A stretch of DNA of 64,000 bases from contig NC_135901.1 in NCBI RefSeq assembly GCF_964194155.1, positions 3,162,001 through 3,226,000 of the forward strand, read 5' to 3'. Positions 12,331 through 24,339 of this stretch are shown in pieces. Below the pieces are notes generated by a model. That model saw only the letters and a program-made list of their open reading frames with translations. It did no database searches and was not told where the DNA came from. Made by a program: the position numbers and the translations under genes. This stretch comes from Cetorhinus maximus. Taxonomy: Eukaryota. Position 1 is the first letter of the stretch. Every line of letters begins with the position of its first letter.

Positions 12331-13089
12331 GATTGTGGGTATCGGCAGTGCCATTGAAACACAAAATAGAGAACGAAAACAATTTTCTGATACCCAATTG
12401 TGAACAAATAAAAAGAAAAATCACACGCAAATCCTAGTAAATGGGTGCTCTGCCATGTTCCATTTCTAGAAGTGATTTAAACATATTTCAAGCCAGCTCA
12501 AACGTGTTAAGGGCAAGTCATGTTCAACTAACTTGCTGTAAATTCTTTACAAATGCCCATTCCCTTTCCTTCTGCTGTATAATGGAAGTTCCGTGCATTG
12601 GTGTTTCTTTATCATTTGGTTCTGATCTTTATTGATTGGTCTACGGTCAAAGTTTCAATCCCATAACCACAAAGTAATCACAAAAAAAATATTTTCCACT
12701 CACAATTACCCAGCACCCCAGCAGATGGGATTCTGCATTGCGACTGGAGGAGCTCCTGCCCACAGATTCTGCCTCCGACAAAGGTTGTTCTTATAGTGGC
12801 TGTCCCTGTGATTGATTTTTTGCGGGTTTTTCTGGGATAAAATTGCCCATTGCCCCCGTACAGTTGGAACCCTGGTTCTGAAATACTGTCCGTATGATTT
12901 TAAGGCTTCCTGGAATAATGCACCGATGGAAATCTGCAATAATCCATGGTCCCATCTGAGTTGCAGATTTTAATGTGATTGTCCAATCTAGAAAAAATAT
13001 CATTTCACCCCTTTAAACCTGATTCAGCTGATCCCCTCCACACATACTGCAAAAGATTATCTTTGAGATCAGCTGTTCCTTTATAGTCT

Positions 13090-13195
13090 GTAAGAAATAC
13101 AAAAAATTCTGGAAAAATTCAGCAGGTCTGACAGCATCTGTGGAAAGAAACACAGAGTTAATGTTTCGAGTCCGTATGACTCTTCTTCAGAGTCT
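13090..13195 (-). mobile_element. Penelope-type short repeat with minimal hammerhead motif
   Basis: Minus strand: gact-CTGAAGA-a-gagtc-atacg-gactc-GAAA-catt-aact, then ...cacagatgctgtcagacctgctg. Confidence 0.55.
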
Positions 13196-13489
13196 GTGTT
13201 ATTCTGAATTATGACATTCTCCTGAACCTGTCCTAACCCTTCTGCCAGTTCACTTATTGGAAACAGGGACTCTCCTTGTTTTAATGTTAACACGCCATGT
13301 CTCCCCAGTTATTCATTTAAGTCAGCCCATGAATTGTTTGAGCATTGTTTCATCATGTTCCCACATTTCATCAACAAATGTTGAAACGTATGCTTCACAC
13401 CCACAGGGTTTCATCTGTTTAAAGCCACAAACAGAAAGGTCCAGTTTTCTCCTGGAGGTTGAGACAAATCAGCTTTCAAAATGATGCAG

Positions 13490-13910
13490 GGTTTCAGCCA
13501 ATGAGGGACATCCGGATTCAGCCCCGCCCCTCATTCACTCCGATTGGTTGTAGGATCACACGCTCACGATCGGACCTACAGCTCCGCCCCCTCTTCCTAT
13601 TGGTCCGGAGTTTCCGTCAATCCACCCGGCACAGTGATCTGGAGCAGGCGCAGTGTGTGTAATGGCGGTGAACAGAAGCTTGTTTGTCGGATCCACAGGA
13701 GGTAAGATAAAGAGCGGAGTGGAGGGAAAAATAGAGCCGGTGGGTGGATGGGGAGGGTTCGTAAGCACTCGATGCGGCTCTGAACCCAAAGTAAGAAACT
13801 ATCTGTGGGGCGAAGGCTGCGGGATCGCGTCTCCAGCAAAAGGCCCGGGTTAACGACCGCCATCTTGAGCGGGGTTAATGTGTAGCATGGCGCATGCGCA
13901 GTCATTCCTG
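13490..13910 (+). promoter_or_regulatory. Promoter/first exon of ZNF 14770..15891
   Basis: CCAAT boxes (~13498, 13543, 13599), GC boxes, gcaggcgcag, YY1 aatggcgg and cgccatctt (~13858), NRF1 gcgcatgcgc (~13890), donor gag|gtaaga (13701/13702). Confidence 0.75.
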
Positions 13911-14769
13911 TCAGCAGGAGGAGAGAATGTTGTGCATTTCTATCCTGGACTGACGGGGATGGGTTTTGGAAACTCCTTTTACAGGGGATTGGAAGGGGAG
14001 GATTTACACACAGCAAACTCCAAGCAAAGATCACATTAAGATCTGACTCGAGTCACTCGATTCATCAGGACCTGGATATTATCAGTCTTTGAGTTTAAGC
14101 ATTGAGTTCCAGGTCATTAACACTCAATGTGTGAAATTTCTTCCTCACATTCCCCCTGTAGATCTTACCCTAAATCTTAAATCTGTGTCTGTGATACTTT
14201 TATGATTAGCTAATACCTTATGTTTTTTTCATTCATTCATAGGATGTGGGCTTTGCTGGATGGGCCAGCATTTATTGCCCATTCCTAGTTGCCTTTGAGA
14301 AGGTGGTGGTGAGCTGGCCCTTCTAGGTGGTGGAGGTTCAGGGTTTTGAGTTTCTGTCAAACTTCTGGTTGAGTTGTAATCCCTCTTTTTCAACCCTTCC
14401 CTCTCCCACCCCAACCCTTCTCTCTCTTCCTGTCTTCTCCCATCGAGGTGCCTTGTGTAGGCCCAGACTGGGTGGCAGATTCTCTTCCCTGAAGGACATC
14501 AGTGAACCAGTTGGGTTTTTATGACAATCCAGCAGTTTTCATGGTCACTTTTCCCTGGTGCCGGCCCCACAAATTACCAGATTCATTCAGCTCAATTTCA
14601 CAACCTGTTTTTGTGGGTTCTCTCTCACTCCTTTTTCTTTGTTTTAAATCAATTTCACAGGGTATTAGAAGGGGAGGATTTGCAGCTGGGAAACTGAAAC
14701 CAAACATCACATCAGGATCTGACAGAGTTGCCCAGCTTGTCGTCACCCAGATATCATCGGAAGTTGAAC

Positions 14770-15891
14770 ATGGAAGGAAAAAGCACCGTTCACAGTGGGG
14801 AGAAACCGTACACGTGTTCTGTCTGTGGACGAGGCTTCAACCGATCATCTAATCTGTTGAAACATAAATGCAGTCACAACAGGGAGAAACTGTGGAAATG
14901 TGGGGACTGTGGGAAGGGATTTAATTACCCATCAGAGCTGGAAAATCATCAACGAATTCACACTGGGGAGAGGCCATTCACCTGCCCTGAGTGTAGGAAG
15001 AGATTTACTTGTTCGTCCAGCCTGCTGAAACATCGGCGAGTTCACACTGGGGAGAGGCCGTTCACCTGCTCCGAGTGTGGGAAGGGATTTGCTCGGTCAT
15101 CCACCCTGCTGACACACCAGCGAGTTCACACTGACGAGAGACCTTTCAAATGCCCAGACTGCGGGAAGTGCTTTAAAAGTCCCCGGGAACTGACTGCCCA
15201 TCAACGTGTTCACACTGATGAGAGGCCATTCAGGTGCTCGCACTGTGGGACTGGGTTCAAGACATTATTTCACCTCACTGTTCACCAGCGAATTCACACT
15301 GGGGAGAGCCCATTCACCTGCTCCAAGTGTGGGAAGGGATTTGCTAACGCATCCACCCTGCTGAATCACCAGAGTGTTCACACTGACGAGAGACCTTTCA
15401 AATGTCCAGACTGTGGGAAGTGCTTTAAAAGTTCCGGGGACCTGATGATCCATCAACGTGTTCACACCGATGAGAGACCGTTCAGGTGCTCTCACTGCGG
15501 GACTGGGTTCAGACAATCATCTCAACTCATTGTACACCAGCGAATTCACAATGGGGAGAGACCATTCACCTGCTCAGAGTGTGGGATGGGATTCACTTGC
15601 TTATCCATCCTGTTGACACACCAGCGCACGCACACTGGGGAGAGGCCATTCACCTGCTCTGAGTGTGGGAGGGGATTCACAACCACATCCTCCCTGCTGA
15701 GACACCGGCGAGTTCACACTGGGGAGAGGCCATTCAGCTGCCCCGAGTGTGGGAGGGGATTCACAACCACATCCTCCCTGCTGAGACACCGGCGAGTTCA
15801 CACTGGGGAGAGGCCATTCACCTGCCCCGAGTGTGGGAGGGGATTCATAACCTCATCCAAACTGCTGAAACATCAGCGAGTTCACAAGTGA
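14770..15891 (+). CDS. C2H2 zinc-finger protein, 13 fingers, type A
   Basis: First in-frame ATG is 14770 ([14 protein letters not shown]); the ORF-track start at 14728 is a TTG. Acceptor tttcacag|g at 14661; polyA aataaa ~15996. Confidence 0.92.
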   Translation: MEGKSTVHSGEKPYTCSVCGRGFNRSSNLLKHKCSHNREKLWKCGDCGKGFNYPSELENHQRIHTGERPFTCPECRKRFTCSSSLLKHRRVHTGERPFTCSECGKGFARSSTLLTHQRVHTDERPFKCPDCGKCFKSPRELTAHQRVHTDERPFRCSHCGTGFKTLFHLTVHQRIHTGESPFTCSKCGKGFANASTLLNHQSVHTDERPFKCPDCGKCFKSSGDLMIHQRVHTDERPFRCSHCGTGFRQSSQLIVHQRIHNGERPFTCSECGMGFTCLSILLTHQRTHTGERPFTCSECGRGFTTTSSLLRHRRVHTGERPFSCPECGRGFTTTSSLLRHRRVHTGERPFTCPECGRGFITSSKLLKHQRVHK

Positions 15892-16079
15892 TTGGGTTTT
15901 TCTGTTAATCACATCCATGACTGAACTGTGTCCATTTGGTCTGTTTCTGCTGATGTTAATAAACTCCAGTCCAATTAATATTCTGGATAAAGTCAAATAA
16001 ATCAGCTTTGTGTTAAACTTGCACTGTGTTGAGTCTTTTTAATATCTCTAACACAAATTAGTTCCTTTTGAAGTGCTCT

Positions 16080-17910
16080 CCCTCTCCTCTGTCTCCTTCA
16101 TCCACACCTCCAACAACAAGTGTGAGGAGCTCATGGAACTTCTTTGTCACTAAGATTGAGACAATCCGATCAGCTGCTTCCCTCCTTCCACTGGCCCACC
16201 GGGCCAAACTCTTTCTAAAGCTTCCCCCCTGCCCCTTGCCCTGAACCTGTTTTTCTCCCGTTTCGCCCCTCTCCCACTTCTTGCCCTCTCAGAGCTCATC
16301 TTGTCAATGAGACCTGCCTTCTGCTGCCTTGACCCTATTCTCACGAAACTGCTGACCATCCATTTTCTCTATGTTAGCTGATATTGTTAACGGTTCTTTC
16401 TCTTATCTGTCCCTCTTGCCTTAAAATCCACCACCATCACCCTCCTGAGAAGAAACAAACCTTTATCCCACCATCTTTACAAACTACCACCCCATCTCCA
16501 AACTCCCTTTTCTCCACAAAGTCCTTGAACTTGGTGTCCCCCAAGGATCTATCCTTGGCCCCTCCTATTTCTCATCTACCCGCTGCCACTAGGTGACATC
16601 ACCCAAAAGCACCGTGTTAGTTTTCACATGTACACTGACAATGCCCAGCTCTACCTCACCACCATCCCTCTCCATTCCTCCACTGTTACTAAATTATCAA
16701 ACTGTTTATCTGACACCAAGTACTGAATGAGCAGGAATTATCTCCAATCAAAATTTGGGAAGACCAAAGCTATTGTCTTCAGTCACCACTTTGAATTGTC
16801 AAGGAACTATCAGATTTTTTTCTGATATTATTGTGGGATATTGTGAAACAAGCTTATGGTTCTGTGTGTGTGTGGCTAATTTAATTAACTAAAGACAATT
16901 AGACTGCAAGGTTTAAATTATCAAAGGAGTGAGGTGTAAAAGAAGCATTTGAAATGGGGATGAGTGAGCTGGAATGAGGTCTCAGTGGATAAGGTGTGAA
17001 GGTAATTTATATGTTTAGATAAAGAAGGAGTTGTTTGATTTTCAAAGGGATGGTGTAATGTTTACAACTGACAAGATAAGTCAGGCAAAGTGATTGCATT
17101 CGTTTTTCCCAGAAGTGCTGACCATAATAACAACGTGAAAGATTTTTATATTCTGGGAAAAGTAACTTTGAAAGAGAAACAATGGGATTTACAAATCAAA
17201 AGGTATAAAATATATTTAAAGAAGGATGGAAGGTTGTGTGGGGTATGGCCATGTGAGAACTTGAAAGGTGCAACGTGTGAAACAGACTTGGGGGGGGGAA
17301 AAGCCTCAAGCTACCCTCCAGAAGTTTGCTGTTCCAGTAACCAAGGTTGTGTTAAAAGCCGTTGGAATTTCACTGTCGAGTGGGTGCTTGTGGCAATAGT
17401 CTGAATGTCTTTATAAATTAGGAATCTATTTGGGCTGTTGCCTTAAAGGAAGTGTGTAGTTGGTAGTCTGGTTAAGTATGAATTTTGCGAAATGCTATAA
17501 GATTAAGTAACTGTGTAACCGTGATTTTGTGTGTGTGTGTGCTTAAGTTTTTTCTTCTTTTGTTAATAAATACTTTAAATTAATCTTTAAAATCTCTGAA
17601 GGTGGCCGTGGACTCATTACTTCTGACTTCAGTGCACAAGCCTCCTTGTAATAAATGCAAATAGAAAAATCATTGTGATAGTTTGGCCAAGTCTCCCTTG
17701 TGGATTTGATCAGCCTGGAAAATTCTGTTCCATAACGGCCGTGTGCATCCCTCTCCCTGGGAACTGTCTGAGGCTCAGCCACACTGTTCACAATCCTGGT
17801 GTCAGATTTAACCCCAAGATAAGTTTCTGACCACATATCCGCACCATCACTAACACCAGATATTCAATCTCCATAATGTCGCCTGTCTCCACCCCACCCC
17901 AGCTCACATG
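16080..17910 (+). mobile_element. L2-type LINE fragment split by an LTR-like insertion
   Basis: ~16565-16660 translates LFLIYPLPLGDITQKHRVSFHMYTDNAQLYL (YADDTQLY-like RT motif). L2-like sequence resumes at ~17740. Confidence 0.7.
16797..17737 (+). mobile_element. Probable solo LTR
   Basis: ~940 bp interrupting the L2; starts tgtc, ends ...ccataac, aataaa near the 3' end, no coding signal. Confidence 0.4.
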
Positions 17911-17914
17911 AGAC

Positions 17915-18305
17915 ACTTGCCTTTATTAACCGAGACACAGAATATAAGAGCGAGGAGGTTATGTTGGAGTGTATACAATGTGAGTTAGGCCACAGCTGGA
18001 GTCCTGTGTGCAATTCTAGTCACCAAACTAGAGGAAGGATGTGATTGCACTGGAGAGGGTGCAGAGGGGATTCACCAGGATGTTGCCTGGGCTGGAGCGT
18101 TTCAGCTATGAAGAGAGACTGGATAGGCAAGGGTTGTTTTCCTTCGAGCAGAGAAGGCTGATGGGGGACCTGATAGAGGTGTACAAAATTATGAGGGGCA
18201 TAGATCGGGTAGATAGGAAGAAACATTTCCCCTTAGCGGTGGTGTCAATAACCAGGGGGCATAGATTGAAAATAAAGGGCAGGGGGTTTAGAGGGGATTT
18301 GAGGA
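17915..18305 (+). mobile_element. CR1 LINE 3' fragment
   Basis: ORF 18041..18346 ALERVQRGFTRMLPGLERFSYEERLDR..TRGH. Confidence 0.85.
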
Positions 18306-18624
18306 ACCAGCAAGATCCCACAACTAATCTGATAATGAGCAGATAATCTGTATTTGTGATGTTGATTTGAGTGTGGAAGGGGATGTGTAAAGAGCTGGTC
18401 ATTGTATAGAGATGTGAACCAAGGAAATGGTACCTGTGTGTAATAGTGACACAGCCTTGTGTTCACACTCAGAACAATACACATATATCCTTGTGGTTAT
18501 GGTTTGAACAGGGCAAGATGACGAATATGGTGAACAAGTTAAATATAAATATCTCCAGTGTAGCTGCAGCTTCTTAGATCAGAGCTGGGGAGAAGAGAGC
18601 TCCGAATCCACTGCATTATCTTCC

Positions 18625-18950
18625 CATTGGAGAGGTTGTGCAGTCAGTAGTTTAGTGGGAATAGTGTCAATGGAGCAGGAGGTGTGTCTCATGGACAAGA
18701 TGAGCTCTGAGAGGGCATGAGGGGAGGTGGGAGAGAAACTAGAGGAAGATGTGAGTTCAGAGCTCAGTATAAGGGGAACTTTAGGGGAGGTTTGGCCCAG
18801 TAGGTTAGGGGAAGGGAGGGAAACAACAGAGGCAGCCGGTTGGATTGTCTCAATTTTAGTGACAAAGAAGACCATGAGCTGCTCCTCCATGAGCACTTGT
18901 TGGGGGTGAGGATGGAGGAGACAGGGGAGAGGGAGAGCAATTCAAAAGGA
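18625..18950 (-). mobile_element. L2-type fragment, inverted paralogue of 16080-16360
   Basis: Reverse complement matches 16080-16360 (gagctcatgg..tttgtcactaa..gagacaatcc..cagagctcatcttgtc). Confidence 0.7.
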
Positions 18951-19140
18951 GCTAACACGTTAGAGATATTAAAATGACTCAACATATTGTGTAATTTAAA
19001 ACAGAGCTGATTTATTTAACTTTTATCCAGAATATTAATCCCTATAACTGGGCTGGAGTTCATTTACATCAGCAGAAATAAACTAGGAACGTAGTTCAGT
19101 TCTAAGTGTGATTAACAGCAAAATTCAAGCACTATAAGTT

Positions 19141-19412
19141 TTTTTACTTATTCGTTCATGGGATGTGAGTGTCGCTGGTGTCACTGGCTGGGCCAGCATT
19201 TATTGCCCATCCCTAATTGCCCTTGAGAAGGTGCTGGTGAGCTGCTTTCTTGAATCACTGCAATCCATGTGGAATAGGTACACGCACAGTGCTGTTAGGA
19301 AAGGGGTTCCAGGATTTTCTTCCAGTGACAGTGAAGGAATGGCGATAATAGTTCCAAGTCAGGATGGCGTGGGGCTTGGTGGAGAACATGAAGATGGTGG
19401 CGTTCTCATGCA
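19141..19412 (-). mobile_element. 5'-truncated LINE tail inserted at the end of the ZNF ORF
   Basis: Same tail family as 29778-30050 and 46742-47000; abuts the last His-Lys codons. Confidence 0.75.
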
Positions 19413-20113
19413 TCTTTGTGAACTCGCTGGTGTCTCAGCAGGGTGGATGAGTGAGCAAACCCCTTCTGACATACGGTGCAGGTGAATGGCCTCTCCCCAG
19501 TGTGAACTCGCTGGTGCTCCAGCTGGTTGGATAATGTAGTGAATCCCTTTCCACACAAGGAGCAGGTGAACGGCCTCTCACCAGTGTGAATGCGCTCGTG
19601 TGTCAGCAGGTTGGCTAACTGAGTGAATCCCTTCCCACACTCGGAGCAGGTGAATGGCCTCTCTCCAGTGTGAACTCGCTGGTGTACAGTGAGGTCAGAT
19701 AATTGCCTGAACCCAGTATGGCACCGAGAGCACCTGAATGGCCTCTCATCAGTGTGAATACGTTGATGGCGCATCAGTTCACCAGAACTTTTATAGCACT
19801 TCCCACAGTCTGGGCATTTAAAAGGTTTCTCGTCAGAGTGAACTCGCTGGTGAGCCAACAGGTTACATGACAGAGTGAATCCCTTCCCACACTCGGAACA
19901 GGTGAACGGCTTCTCCCCGGTGTGACTGCGCCGATGAGATTCCAGCTGAACTGGAAAATTGAATCCTTTCCCACAATCCCCACATTTACAGGGTTTCTCC
20001 TCAGTGTGACTGCGCTTGTGTCTCGACAGGTCAGATGATCGGTTGAAGCCTCGTCCACACACAGAACATGTGTACGGTTTCTCCCAACTGTGAACGGTGT
20101 TGTTTCCTTCCAT
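19406..20113 (-). CDS. C2H2 zinc-finger protein, 8 fingers, type A
   Basis: ATG at 20113 ([14 protein letters not shown]), 8 intact fingers, acceptor at 20222. The last codons and the stop come from the LINE insert. Confidence 0.9.
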   Translation of the reverse strand: MEGNNTVHSWEKPYTCSVCGRGFNRSSDLSRHKRSHTEEKPCKCGDCGKGFNFPVQLESHRRSHTGEKPFTCSECGKGFTLSCNLLAHQRVHSDEKPFKCPDCGKCYKSSGELMRHQRIHTDERPFRCSRCHTGFRQLSDLTVHQRVHTGERPFTCSECGKGFTQLANLLTHERIHTGERPFTCSLCGKGFTTLSNQLEHQRVHTGERPFTCTVCQKGFAHSSTLLRHQRVHKDA

Positions 20114-20649
20114 GTTCAAAATCCGACAATATTCAGGTTACGATAAATTGTGCAACTCTGTTAGATCCTGATGTGATGTTGGGTTTGAATTTCCTGACTG
20201 TAAATTCTTCCCCTCTAATATCCTGTGAAATTGATTTAAAACAGAGAAAAGGGAGTGAGTGAGAGAACCCACAAAGGCAGATTGTGAAATTGAGCTGAAT
20301 GAATCTGGTAATTTGTGGGGCCGGCACTAGGGAAAAGTGACCATGAAAACTGCTGGATTGTCATAAAAGCCCAACTGGTTCACTAATGTCCTTCAGGGAA
20401 AGGGATCCACCATCTCATCTGGATCTGGACTCGGGCTTCTAAGAGAGAACAGGCAGACATTGAGATGTGGGAGCATTAGGGGGCAAAGGAGAGGGATTTT
20501 GTATATCCACAACTCAACCTAAACTTTGACAGAAACTTCCAAACCCTCAACTTCTACTATCTGTAAGGACCAGAGAAGCAGGTGTATATGAAAACCATCA
20601 CTTCCAAGTTCCCCTCCAAGTTGAAACCGTCTTGACTTGTCTGACTCCT

Positions 20650-21430
20650 AGTACTGGATGAACAGAAATTTCCTCCAGTTAAATATCGTGAAGACCAAAG
20701 ACATTGTCTTCAGTCCCCGTTCTAAACTATTCCATAGCCACTGACTTCATTCCTCTCCCTGGCAACTGTCCCAGGCTGGACTAGACTGGGCACAATCTCA
20801 GTGTCATGTTTCCCCCCAGCTGATCTCCTGACCACAGAACACCGCCTATTTCCACCTCAGTAACCTCACCTGCTTTTCCCGAGTCAGCTAATCTGCTTCT
20901 GAAACTATCATCCACTCCACTCCCTAAATTTGACTATTCTAATTCATCCCACATTCAACCTCTCTGTAAAGCTGAGATCATCCAAAACTCTGCTACCCTT
21001 CACTGCTCTGCTCACTGAGCTACTTAGGCTTCAGGTTGAGCAGTGCTTCAAATCTTAAAACTTTCATCTGTTTCCAAATCTCTCCAAAGCTTTGCCCACC
21101 CCTATTTCTGTCATCTCCTCCAGCCCCACAGTCCTCTGAGATCTCTGTGCTCATCTAATTCCAATCTCTTCAGCATCCCCATTTTCAGTTCCTTCAGTGT
21201 TTGTGGCTGGGCCAAAGGCAAAAACTCACAATATCCCTCATGAAATCTCTCCACCTCTGTAACTTACTTTCCTCATTAAGACACTCCTTCAAACCTACCT
21301 CTTTGACCAAACTTTTGACTTTCTTCCCTGATATCTCCGTGTGTCTCGGTGTCAGATGTTGCTTTGTAAAACTCCCATAAAACACCCTGGAATGTTTGGT
21401 TACATCAAAGGCACTATATAAATGAAAGTC
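20650..21430 (+). mobile_element. L2-type LINE 3' fragment
   Basis: Similar to 16720-16790 and 37960-38650; ends with tail aaaggcactatataaatgaaagt. Confidence 0.6.
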
Positions 21431-22200
21431 AATGTTACAGACTTGGACACATATCACCATTATAAATGTAAGTCAATGTTACAGACTAGGACACATATCA
21501 CCGTTATAAATGTAAGTCAATGTTACAGACTAGGACACATATCACCGTTATAAATGTAAGTCAATGTTACAGACTGGGACACACATCACCATTATAAATG
21601 TAAGTCAGTGTTACAGACTGGGACACACATCACCGTTATAAATGTAAGGCAGCGTTACAGACTTGGACACACATCACCGTTATAAATGTAAATCAATGTT
21701 ACAGACTTAGACACACTCACCATTATAAATGTAAGTCAGTGTTACAGACTGGGACACACATCACCGTTATAAATGTAAGTCAATTACAGACTGGGACACA
21801 CATCACCGTTATAAATGTAAGTCAGTGTTACAGACTGGGACACACATCACCGTTATAAATGTCAGTCAATTACAGACTGGGACACACATCACCGTTATAA
21901 ATGTAAGTCAGTGTTACAGACTGGGACATACATCACCGTTTAAATGTAAGTCAGTGTTACAGACTGGGACACACACACCGTTATAAATGTAAGTCAGTGT
22001 TACAGACTGGGACACACATCACCGTTATAAATGTAAGTCAGTGTTACAGACTGGGACACACATCACCGTTATAAATGTAAGTCAATGTTACAGACTGGGA
22101 CACACATCACCGTTATAAATGTAAGTCAATGTTACAGACTGGGACACACATCACCGTTATAAATGTAAGTCAGTGTTACAGACTGGGACACACATCACTG
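21417..22200. repeat. Minisatellite, 44-bp unit, about 18 copies
   Basis: Unit tataaatgtaagtcagtgttacagactgggacacacatcaccgt; period 44 (21461 to 21505); no unique spacers. Confidence 0.95.
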
Positions 22201-22419
22201 TTGCTTCATCACTGGATGAAGATCCTCTCAGTCTTTACCTAACAGTTTTGTGGAAGCCCCTTCACCACACGGGCTGCAGCGGTTCAAGAACAAAACCCAC
22301 CATCAATTTCTCAACAGGTAACTGGGGATTGGCAATATGAGCTGCCTTGCTACTGACTCCTATAAGCCCATCATAAATTAAAAGTATCTGCCTGTGTGAA
22401 ATGGATTAACAGCTCCGAC

Positions 22420-22850
22420 AGGAATCCTTGTTCCTCCCGCTCCCGGCCGCTCCCATTCATACTCCAGGAGCCGCGCTCACTCTCACTGAGGCTGCGCATG
22501 CTCCGCGCAGACAGGCGGCTTCCGGGGGCGGAGCCTTCCTGCGCCTGCGCGTTACGGCCCTTCTGATGGAGATAGGGCGTATTCACTCCCGCGGAGCATT
22601 CTGGGTCTCCTTATCCGCCATCATTCAAAAAGCGTCCGGAGGGTGAGAAGTCTGTTCCAGTAATTTTGATACAATCCGTTCTTTACACCGAGAGGGCCGA
22701 CACTGTTGATGTTTCTGCCAGTGACAGGTCCGGGTTAGCAGCCGCCATCTTTATAGGGATAATGTGCAGCCTGGCGCATGCGCAGCCGCTATCTCTATAG
22801 GGGGCAGAGCGCAGGCGCGGCCATCCTTGGACCGGATGCAGGAAGAAAAG
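22420..22850. promoter_or_regulatory. Bidirectional CpG promoter for ZNF 19406..20113 (-) and ZNF 27252..27755 (+)
   Basis: NRF1-like tgcgcatgct, tgcgcctgcgc and gcgcatgcgc (~22774); YY1 gccgccatctt (22741); GC box; ETS-like cttccgg; + donor agg|gtgaga (~22643). Confidence 0.72.
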
Positions 22851-23329
22851 AGGTTGTGAATTTCTCATCTGGACTCAGTGAAACCTCCCTGGAAACTCCT
22901 TTTACAGGAGTTAGAACAGGAGGATTCCCAAGCGGGAACCTCAAACCAAATATCATGTCATGATCTGACAGTTACTCGATTCATCAGGACCTGAATATCA
23001 TCGTCCTCAGAATGTGGAAGGTGAAATGTCTGTGGGCAAAGATTACAGATATTAGAGAGACTGGGAAACTTTTAATGATCTTTTCAGGTTAAATTTGAGA
23101 CCAATTCCATCGATCTCGTTGGGAATGTTGAAGAATTTTTTGTATGCAGGCAAATTACCTCGTGTGCTTAAATAAACATACTTGGCAGCTAAAGTGGGCA
23201 AACCGTTGAGCTGTGTTATTAGTGAGAGTTACAGTCCCAGTTTTGGGTAAAGTTTGTTGTCCATGTCGCAATTCATTCAGTCCGCTGTGTCCGTGATGAC
23301 CGACTAGTGGTCATCCAGCCAGATCCCAA

Positions 23330-24330
23330 TTTCCAGTTCTTGGTCCGTAGCCTTGCAGGTTACATCACTTCAAGTGTACATCCAAATACCTAGAGCCATA
23401 GAGCTATACAGCACAGAAACAGGCCCTTTGGCCTATCATGTCTGCCCCGGTCATTATCTGCTCTAATCTAATTTTCCAACACTTGACCCGTAGCCCTGTA
23501 TGCTATGACGTTTCAAATGTTCATCTAAATACTTCTTAAATGTTTTGAGGGTTCACACCCTTTCAGGCAGTGAGCTCCATATACCCCCCACCCTCTGGGT
23601 GAAAAGATTTTTCCTCAAATCCCTCTAAAGCTCCTGCCCCTTACCTTAAATCTATGTCCCCTGGTTATTGACCCTCCACTAAGGGGGAAAGTTTCTTCCT
23701 ATCTACCCTATCTATGCCCCACATAATTTTGTTCACCCCAATCAGGTCCCTCCTCAGCCTTCTCTGTTCTAAGAAAAATAACCCCAGCCTATCCAGTCTC
23801 TTCATAGCTGAAACATCCAACCTAGGCAACATCCTGGTGAATTTCCTCTGCACCCTCTCCAGTGCAAACATATCCTTCCTACAGTGCGGCGACCAGAACT
23901 GCATACACTACTCCAGATGTGGCCTAACTAATGCTTTATACAGCTCCATCATAATGTCCCTGCTCTTGTATTCAATGCATTGACTAATAAAGACAAATAT
24001 CCAATATGCCTTCTTAACCACGTTATACACCTGTCCTGCTGCCTGCAAGATCTATGGACATGCACACAAAGGTCCCTCTGATCCTTTCTACTTCCTAAAG
24101 TCCTATCATTCTCATGTACTCCCTTGCCTTGTTAGTCCTCCCAAAATGCATCACCTCACATTTTCAGGATTAAATTCCACTTGCCACTGTCCTGCCCATC
24201 TGACAGCCCATCTATATTGTCCTGTGGTCTAAAGCTTTCCTCCTTGCTATTTCCCACACCACAGATTTTCATTTCATCTGCGAACTTACTGATCATAGCT
24301 CCTAGATTCATGTCTAGATCATTAATGTAC
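23330..24330 (-). mobile_element. CR1 LINE 3' fragment(s)
   Basis: ORF 23665..23904 QFWSPHCRKDMFALERVQRKFTRMLP; FADE-like motif near 24280. Confidence 0.85.
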
Positions 24331-24339
24331 ACTTTTTAA

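Noticed and set aside
21417-22200. CRISPR array
   Set aside because: Units are contiguous with no unique spacers, there are no cas genes, and the context is eukaryotic.
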